From NCBI GenBank assembly GCA_000934665.2, contig KZ538426.1, positions 52,022 to 72,021 on the forward strand: 20,000 bases of DNA, written 5' to 3'. Source of the stretch: Catajapyx aquilonaris. Its lineage: Eukaryota. The notes beneath the pieces were generated by a model. The model had not been told where the DNA came from, searched no databases, and was given only the letters and a program-made list of their open reading frames with translations. Numbering within the stretch: position 1 is the first letter of the stretch; every line of letters starts with the position of its first letter. Shown piece by piece: positions 11,255-20,000 of the stretch. A program made the position numbers and the translations under genes.

Positions 11255-13905
11255 ACAGTGTATTTAACAAATTTAATACCAATCTCGACATCTGGGTGTA
11301 TGCAGTATAAAAGGCTTCGTCCGTCCATTGTCATGCAGGAATATCGATATGCCAGTAAAAGGATCGCGAAAAAGGCATTAGCTCCTGGGTTGGCGGAAAG
11401 GCTGTTTGCCCCGGGCAGAAAAGTACAAACGGCAAGGATACACGACAGGGGCAAGGGCAGGGGTAACAGAGGCGATAGGGACAGACAGGTAACGGTGGGA
11501 CATGATTGCCCAAGGGACACTTTGGCCCCGTTGTAAATGGCGCTCGCCGATGATTGCTATTATGCTACGTCCAATGACACATTGGCTTCATTTTACAGAA
11601 CTCTGTCATTTTCTCTATAAGACGAGACAACTATGATGCATAATCTGGGCCAACACTGTACGCAACTATACGGGTTCAAGCCTTTTGTTTCCATAACTAT
11701 TGTGCACTGGGTTACTGCTATAGTTTTCTTACAAAAGGCAGCAAGTTAGTAACAAAAATGGTTCGAAAGCATTTGATTATATACAATATGAGGGTTCCGA
11801 AAATAAGTTTCCCTTCGCGATTATTTCCGAAAGTATATATTTTTGTAAAAATTGTACTCCATGAAGACCCTTACGGGTTCTGTAGGGGGATGGTACACCA
11901 CCATTTTCCCTCAATTTTCTAAGTTAACTTCACTCCGCTGCAGGGAATCAAGGAGCTTGGGTATAAGGATAGGGATTTTCGGGGAGGGAACACTGGTGCA
12001 GTGCAGGTGCAATGTCTCAAGTTTGGGCCATGTGCAGTCCCCCAGGAGGTTAGGTTGCCAGACACCTCCAAGGTGCAGGTCAGAGACCGTCCCGACGCAG
12101 GTGAAAGGGAACTCCCAGGGGAGATCGAAACTGGGACCTTTCACTCAGCAAGCCGAGACGTTACCATCTCGGCCACCACACCTCCCCTATTTTCGAAAGT
12201 ATTGTACATATGGGGGAAATTTTACCGTCCGCAGTTAGAGTACATTATTCTGCACGTGTGAACCAAATTTGGCCTCCTCGTGCAGATTTTCTCGTGTGAG
12301 AATAGTTTGAGTTATCTCAGTGTTCGCCTATAGAGTTCTTCCAGGTTATCAATTTATTGCTGTTTATTAATTAATCTGCTTACGCGTATACATAATTTTA
12401 TGAATATCGCACGTCTGCATTTATACACATAAGTATATTTTCAAATAGTTAAAACATTTCTCCCGTCTCCGGTCCCGTCTTGAATACGAGACATGACTTG
12501 AGCACTTGGGAAGTTGGGAGCCGTTGTCTCAATCGTGTGACTCCGAATGTTTCATATTTCTCAACGTCCAGATAGGACCTGAAATGCCACATATAAAAAC
12601 GTCCCGTTTCCGCTAATTCCCGCCTCCCAAGCCGGAACATTACGGTTCATGTACCATTGCGGTCCGAATATTTGATTAGGAATGAGCCCCACCCCGTCGT
12701 GTCGGCGTCTCCAATTGACCACGTCCTGTGCTGAAGTCCCGGAGCAATTCGTCACGCTCGTCGGCAACTTTGAAGGTACACCTTTGAATGTCCCCTTTTC
12801 CCGACTCTTCAGACCCCCAAACTCTCCTCCCACTCGACCTTCGTGCAGTGACCACGGACACATTTACTTTTATTGGGGTTTGGGGCCAGCGGTACACCCC
12901 CATGGGGGCATAAAGGGATCAGTTTACAAGGCTGGCAAAAGGTGCCAGCCAACACCGCCAGTTCATTCACTTCACATTCTCCTCAACAATGGCCAAAATG
13001 TGCCCTGGAGATGTTTATATTTAATATGACGTCTAGAGCTTTTAAGTAGCAGAGGACATCTTAATGGGTAGCTAGGCGGTGAAATCCGGCTAATCCGGGT
13101 TTTTCCACTCAGACAAAGGTGTCGCCAGGCTGGAGACGAAAGGAAAGACCTTCACCTTTGGCGACCTCTCACCTGTGGGACGGATGAATTTTCACAAAAC
13201 GCGGCACTTTTGGGGGCCACCCGAGCAAACCTTCTACACTTTATGGGCGGCAGGGTCGGAAGGGTGCCTATAAATCTGTTTACAAGTCTTTTCTTCCAGT
13301 TCACCGGCTTTTATATTCCGGGGGGGAAGTTTGGGATAGGTCATAAAGACACGTTGGCAGGGGGTGAAGTGGTCAATGTCAACTTGGGCAGCTACTGGAG
13401 GCCTCCCAAAGACCAAGAAGCCACTCCTTTGTCTCGCGCGTGCTCGAGACATCCTGGTCCGGAGAGTGGCATGTCGCCAAGGAGGATTTTGGTCAGCACA
13501 CCATGACCTCCTGGCGTTCTTCTTTTTTGGCTTGGAGTCGACATGTCCTGACCGTGACCTCGTGGTTGGTAGCGTTCAGTGGCCACTTCTGGCATTAAAG
13601 TCACCATGCGTGGGCGGTTGTGGTATCTTGGAGTGAATGCCCAGGTAGGCAACATTGGACAGGTGCCCCGCCCGTTGGCCTCCTCTCCTCCTTCCCCTCT
13701 CCCCGGTCCCTCCCGAGTGGCCAGAAGCGGATTGGTTCCTTTGGGAAGTCCTTGCAGGCAGCCACGGGAGCAACCAGCGGGGTCAGCTCCTCCAACACTG
13801 CCTGCCTGCCAGTGCTTCGGGCTTGGGTGTTGTTGTTTGTAGCGCCGGGTTGTTGTTCCTTCCTTTTGGTCTGGCTGCTGCTCCTTGCTGGCCCCGGGCT
13901 GCCAT

Positions 13906-13916
13906 CACACACACAC
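13906..13916. repeat. (CA)5 microsatellite within a CTG-rich tract
   Basis: cacacacacac flanked by gctgctgct-type units at about 13874-13948. Confidence 0.8.
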
Positions 13917-16900
13917 TCGACTGTTGCTCCTGCTGCTGCGGTTGCTGCACGTGGGAAGGACGGTAGTCTTCTGCCCAGGGGACAATTCCTCTGGTTTCAC
14001 ACTCTTCCGCGCCCGCCAAGCCAGCACAAGTCGAGTGAATGGTCTCTGCGGTTGCTGGACATTGGCCTCATAACATGGTGAGTGTTTATAGCCCCATTTG
14101 GCCAGTTTCCTTTTTTTTGCGTCTTATACCTGGGGGGCAAGTGAGGACACACGACTCAGGTATTACCATTGCTAATGGGCCAGCCCTCCCTTCCAAAACA
14201 GTTCATCACCTGGGGCCACCACCCTTGTGTCACTCTCCATTGCCTCAATTACTTCACCACCCTACCCCCAGGAGCCAAAAGGGGGGTCTGGGCCCATGGG
14301 CGACGTGGGTTGGACCATATCAATGTGTGGCCGTGTATGTGTGTATCCACCGGCGGAGATTAACCTTGCGCTTTTATGAAAAAAAAAACACGTGACGCTT
14401 ACCACCCATGAACATGATATTTTAACCTAGGTGTTTAAGAAATACCAGACGCAAAAATTATATTAATAAGCCGCGATTGTAGCCTTTAGCACAGAAATAA
14501 TTTCGCATGAAGCAATCACACGAGATAGCATCAAAAATTACATAGCCTGCACGCATGGAACTGGAAAAGTTCTCGGCAATTTTTTTCTGATAAGCCTTGT
14601 CAATTTGTGCCAAACCAGCTCTGTGTGAAGGGGGTAGCACACAAAAAATATATATCTCAACGTCTCCTGTCACTCACAAACAACCGGAAGGCTTACAAAG
14701 AAAAGGATGCAAGATCAGCTTAACCTGATGAACGCTTTTCTATAGTAGCTCTACAGTAGCGCTTGAACTTTACCATACAGCCATCAATGTGAAAAATAAC
14801 CTGACAAGTATAGAAAAGTTTGCAGTGCTTTCAAAAACCACCCCTAAAATTCCGGTAGCAAAGATTAAGGCAAGTAAACCTTTTTGGGATCGGATCGAAA
14901 TCCGAACCATTCAGTCAGTTTTAAGTGAAAACATGAAAAGCGACGGGTCGAAAGAATACTATACACCCGGTAGGGGGAATATAAAAAGTATATATAGGGC
15001 GTGCTTACACAACGGGGTCTTCTTGCTGGCTGCTGGGGGAACACTTTGATCATGTTTATTGGATGTGGCCACTTGAAATGTCGACAACTCCACGGGGTTT
15101 TTGGGGCCTTGGGACATCCTCAGCAGGCCGGCCTCCTGTGGCTCCGATATTCTTTGGGCTCGGATGAAAAAGGCTTGAACTCATGGATACTGGGCTGACA
15201 GCCGGACACCTTCTGCCCAACAGGGGTCAACCTGTACCTTCCCACTTTGTCAGAGGTGGCCGACGGAAGGGCCGGCCTCCCCGTCGAGACATAAACTCAT
15301 GCTTTTTCATCACTCTCGGTTGGGGTTTGCCCACTAACGAGACCGCAGGTATTTGGAAACACCACGTGGAATAGTGTTGGTAAATCAGCAAATTTTTATT
15401 ATAGAAAAAGTAGAGCCTGAATAATTTTTGACAAAAAAAAAATCTACAGTCTTGAAACCCTCACTTGAATCAGTGGAGTCGTATATTGTGTGTTAGCATT
15501 AATTGCACAATGTATTGTTAGAAGTTAGTTATTGTGTTAGTTCTTCACTCGCTCATTTTTAAAAATATTTACAAAACTAAAAATAATTCTGGGATGTCTG
15601 TACTTTTGGCCAAGAGTGGCTTGGATAAGATGAATGAAAGGCGAGGTATTTTGTACCGATACACGTGTAAATTCCAGAATCTGGACTAAAATAACACAGC
15701 CGGCGAAACAACTTTTTAACAATAAAACCTGATGTTTTCCGCAGGAAGTTCATGAATAATTACTATAATATTTCCCTCCCCGTCCATTCGTTGGCCGTTG
15801 ATAAAAACACGGCGGCAAAAACCTCGCATGAATAGTTCAGAAGTGTTCTCGATTTTTTAAAGACCCCGAGAACAATAATTAGGGCCTTTAAAATGGGTAA
15901 TTATGTCTATGCCCGTAAACATGAAGTTGCACGGTAACTGACCCAACATCAGCATGAATGAATTATGATTTAAGATCCGAATTTCATTCAATTTTTGGAG
16001 GCCCCTGAAAATGACGAATCGCGTCCAGTCCATCATGTCCAAACGTGGCAGGCGATGAGAAGTCTAGATATGTCTGGAAAAAAAAACAAAACATTTTTTG
16101 AAGCCGCGATTTAATATACGGGTTTGGAATTCTCAGCCGATTCCGCAGAGTTCCCACCTACTGAACTAGGTGAGCCATTTTTTAAGGTCTTCACCGGTGC
16201 GCAACACCCTAATTAACCCATCACACCTGATTGTTTAATAGACGCGTTTGCATGGCCAACGAAGAAATATTCTCTACCTGCTGCTGCCCTCAAAATATGA
16301 TATTTTGGGACCTCCTCCGGTGCCTCCTTTATGTGGCACCTCGATTTAATTATTTGAGAGACGTCAGTTGCATCCGAGGCGGACCATAAATATTGAGGCT
16401 GCTGTACCAAAAGGGTTTTTCATATAGGTCTAATAAATGTGAGGTGGGGTCCATTGCCAGGTGACATCGCACGCGATTCATCCGACAGAAGAGTCGGTTT
16501 TAGTGATAAAGGGTTGGTGGTCAGACCCAGGTGACCCCGGTTCACTTTTCTGGAAATGCGCGTGTGTTGGAGTCATGTCGACTCATTTTTCACAGTTTTT
16601 TTGTGGGACAGATGTATCTCAATTATTTGAGCGGTTTGGGCGAATAATTTAATTAAGATGGTGAGAATTCGCGTGAAGTTTAAGTTGTTTAACTGAAGTG
16701 ATAATCTGAACCAAGCTAAATTGCTCATTGTCCGAATATTGCTGTGCTTGTGTATAGTCCAAATCGTGTCTATAGTCATCCATAGAATGGGGCAGTGACT
16801 TAAACACTTTTTTCTGAAGATTTTCTCTCTCTGAATTTAGCTTGGTGTGGATTCTCACCTCTCCAGCAGGTGTGGCAACCAACAACATAGCCACAATTTC

Positions 16901-17323
16901 CCTACCTTGGTAAGCAATGAAAGTTTTTAACAATATGGGGGTAACAAAATGCGTGGTTGTATCACGACGAGCTCCAAGGACTGGCAACAAAGATGATGGC
17001 AGGGTGTGATGGGGAACGTGGACCACTCTTTTTGCTCGTTGATGTTTGCTTTGAATAGAGCAGTGCATGAAATGAAGAATTATTAAGTTATTTGGAACAG
17101 GGTGTTTCTTCAAGCATTAAAAATATTTGTAACGATTTTAATGCACCAATGCTACATTATTAATCTCGGCTCTTCTTTTCCCAAGCTTGAATATTATTCT
17201 AAGTGATGCACTAATACAGAGTCGTAACTTAAGCAGAACTGAACGTCTGTTTCACAGACATAATGCACCTGCATAAAATTTGGTCACGGTATACAAATAA
17301 AATACATATTATTTACAAGTCAT

Positions 17324-17367
17324 CTGTCACTTCTGCGAAAGAGACATCCGTGATGAAAAAGTGACAG
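17324..17367. repeat. Inverted repeat with 9-bp perfect arms
   Basis: ctgtcactt (17324-17332) / aagtgacag (17359-17367). Confidence 0.75.
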
Positions 17368-19516
17368 TGTTTTTGACATTGTATAGAATATCATGTAATG
17401 TAATTCTAGAATTTAACAGCTTAGTTAGTATTACCCTCCATCTGCATGGAAAAATTGGTGGCATTTTCATGAGGTTATGGCAGTTTTTGAAAAGTATGCA
17501 GCAGCACATTGTTATGACTGAAATATCCTAAAGCTTCTGCAGTGTAGGGACACTTCGGCCCCCTATTTGACTTATAACTATTTATAGGCCCTATATTTAA
17601 ATTTTTCATTTCATCTTCTATAAACAGTTGAAATATCCAGAACTAATATTGCCACTTCTATAGTTTACATTTACAGTATTAAGTATACAACCTGAACCAT
17701 ATATGAAGAAAAGATTCTTTCTCTTCAGACTACATTTTAGACAGTACAATTTACCGCTCCATTGTCTTTAGTACCAAACTGATGAACTGGCTCAAGCCAA
17801 CTATAAATATGCCACATGCATTTAGAAAATCCATATCGCTTGAAATCGAAGAAATAGAAATGGTACCATTCATACCAGAACGACTCCTACAGAAGAAAAA
17901 AAAATCCAACGACTCACTCTGCCCTCCTCAACTAGAGCCCCGAGCCGTTCCCAAACTTTTAACTAAATTACAAACCTTGTTAGGGAAAGACATAAACGAT
18001 ACAATTCCTTTGGGAGAAAAACCCCCACCTGCGTATAGTGGTTCCCTTTTTCCAAGAGGGGGATGGATGGAGGGCAAGGAGAAAAAGGAATGAAGAAAGG
18101 CGTCTGGGAAATAAATTGCGTGTCGTGTAAGCTCACCAGCATCACTATAATGCGCAGGCTGCTGTGATTTAATGAAAAGAACGTCAATTGTCGGTTCGGA
18201 GGAGAAAATCCTGACAGGTCCGCACGCAGGGCCCCCACTTCTGACGATATAAGACTGCTCTCTGGTTCAGTGCTGGTGATCGCTCCTATACCATTATGAT
18301 TCGCGTGACACCACGGGATCGGCCCCCCCAGTTCACACCCACACAACCCTTATATACCCGGATCATTTACAAGCCATGCAGCTAAGTTTCTTAAGCACAT
18401 TTTGTTAAAAATATTCAGTTTTAGTGAAAACCTACTGGACCGATGCATGCATTCAGCACGTGAACAGGTGCCATGCCAGTGACCCCCTGACATGTACAAA
18501 TCGCTAGCAGATATACCGGTGTGCCTTCAAGCTATGATCCTACTAATACCTGCTCTTATCTGTAACTATTTTCCTGGAGCTATATTAGGGAACAGTTACC
18601 CCTCTGGAATTTCAAACTCCTTTCATGTTGGAATTTCTACTGGTCTCGTTGGTGACACCTAGTGTTCCATTGTGCTAGATGTTTTATTAAGAAAGAGTTA
18701 GCCCCCACGGTTAGTTTCAGACAGTTGGTTTAATTGCAGCTGCAGTGCCCTCTAAACAAAACAAAAAACTGAAACAGAGACAAATAACAGACTTGGGTGG
18801 AATCCTCATTCGAGACCCCCTGCAATGATGAGGACTGCTCCTATGGCGTGTGGACGCTGAAGAAACGGAAAGGAAAAAGGCTTTTAATTCTGGCCTTTGC
18901 ACCTCAGGAGGCGCCCCCCATCTTTTTTAAAAACTCGCTTTGATCCAAGCCGAATAACCAAAAAACGGAATGAGAAAAACACCATTACTAAAAACCGCAA
19001 AACATTATCCGGATTACTGCATGGAAACTGCTAGATTGCAATGTTTTAAAAAATGTGGTTTACAGTAGTAACCAGAGGGCTCTTTCTGTCAGGGAAATGA
19101 ATGTAGTGTATGGGAGGCAACTGAGCTCGTCAGTGTCACCCTGGCTCCTGGTATACTCTTCACTGGGGTTTCTCATCTCTCCCATGCTGAGGAACGCAAT
19201 ACCCTCGTCTAATCTGGAGGACACGCCTCACATTATACTCATCTAGGGTGGGGCTGGATTTCTACACGTGACAACAGTTTTCACCACTGCTGCATGGGTG
19301 TGCGGTAATGATGACGAGTGTCGGACACTACCTGGTCCGGTTGTTGTAAAATCGGGCGGTTACAAAGGAGCGGAAGGAGGTTGTTGCAAATTGCCACTCT
19401 GGCAATATGAGGTCGTAACGGGAGATTGGGCTGTACTGGTTATAGACAAATTGAGTCAACTTATTGAACGGCGAGACTGCGTCATCCATGGTGACTCATC
19501 ACCTACGTGCATGTAG

Positions 19517-19544
19517 TACTGCTCTCTCCCCGAGAGAGGCAGTA
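19517..19544. repeat. Hairpin with a 12-bp stem and one bulge
   Basis: tactgctctctc-ccc-gagaga(g)gcagta. Confidence 0.8.
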
Positions 19545-19565
19545 GTGAGCAGAGAGGGAACCTGT

Positions 19566-19579
19566 GCGCCACCTAGTAG
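19566..19579 (-). promoter_or_regulatory. CTCF-like motif (imperfect)
   Basis: Minus strand CTACTAGGTGGCGC versus core consensus CCASYAGRKGGCRS; one mismatch, at the strongly conserved second C. Confidence 0.2.
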
Positions 19580-19902
19580 TGGCTTTTCGTACTAGATCAA
19601 AATGGAGAGCTGGCCGGGCAGTGTTGCCAAGTGTGCTATAAATATGCTAGAAAAGTTCTAAAATAATATTGGATTTTGAAAGTAAATTGAATTAGAACTG
19701 AACACTTAAATTCTGTCATATCCCCCCCTGGTGGTTTATGGGTGCAAGAAGTAGTGTGAGTGTATGAGAGGGGCGGGGATGGGATGATACGAGGCGCGTG
19801 GGTCTGGGCTCACACTGTAACCCATCCCGGCGTGAAGATTCTTGCTTCGCTTGAGAAATTGCGGCTTTCCTGCCCAAAGCCATTTTCCAAGAAAACGGCC
19901 AA

Positions 19903-19931
19903 GGGGGGGAGGGAGAAGGAGGGGAGAGGGG
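19903..19931 (+). other. Potential G-quadruplex / polypurine tract
   Basis: ggggggg-a-ggg-agaagga-gggg-aga-gggg; all purines, followed by the C-rich partial complement cctccccccttg (19937-19948). Confidence 0.55.
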
Positions 19932-20000
19932 CATTTCCTCCCCCCTTGCCTCACACCCACCTCCATCCCCCTGTTTCTTATAATGGAAATCCGCCTCGTT

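Noticed and set aside
11258..11536. RG-rich peptide ending GHDCPR, reminiscent of a gag zinc knuckle
   Set aside because: The CX2CX4HX4C motif is absent (first two cysteines missing, wrong spacing), and no protease or RT follows.
11671..11774. tRNA T-loop / Pol III B-box-like words (gggttcaagcc and ggttcgaaag)
   Set aside because: The T-stems do not pair correctly, and there is no cloverleaf or properly placed A box.
11996..12103. Cluster of gtgca(g) words
   Set aside because: Spacing is irregular and the units are only 5-7 bp; not a tandem array.
12460..12628. Repeated tcccgt/tcccgc words resembling transposon subterminal repeats
   Set aside because: There is no terminal inverted repeat or TSD nearby, and the words are short and irregularly spaced.
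17704..17727. Hairpin tgaagaaaag-att-ctttctcttca as a terminator
   Set aside because: The stem is AT-rich, there is no U tract, and no gene lies upstream.
1..20000. The many 60-130 aa ORFs in the supplied track
   Set aside because: The lengths look like chance. Many use non-ATG starts and overlap on both strands, and none has a recognisable domain or forms an operon or exon chain.
1..20000. CRISPR array, rRNA, or IS/transposase
   Set aside because: I saw no regularly spaced 23-50 bp repeats, no conserved rRNA signature segments, and no transposase-length ORF or paired TIRs.

Overview
I recognise no gene, RNA gene, CRISPR array or intact mobile element in this 20 kb window. The longest ORF is 172 aa, none resembles a protein family I know, and there is no operon-like or credible exon-intron organisation. 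The sequence looks non-coding and eukaryote-like but is unusually patchy. Blocks of roughly 150-400 bp switch between GC-rich/CpG-poor, AT-rich/CpG-rich and CpG-rich coding-like styles. Short direct and inverted repeats are re-used locally, and I saw no long repeats. This fits a synthetic, generated or concatenated sequence at least as well as a natural locus, so provenance should be checked first. What I can support directly is simple repeats, G-rich tracts, several short hairpins and a few weak motif matches. I did not find a convincing novel biological system. All counts are by eye.
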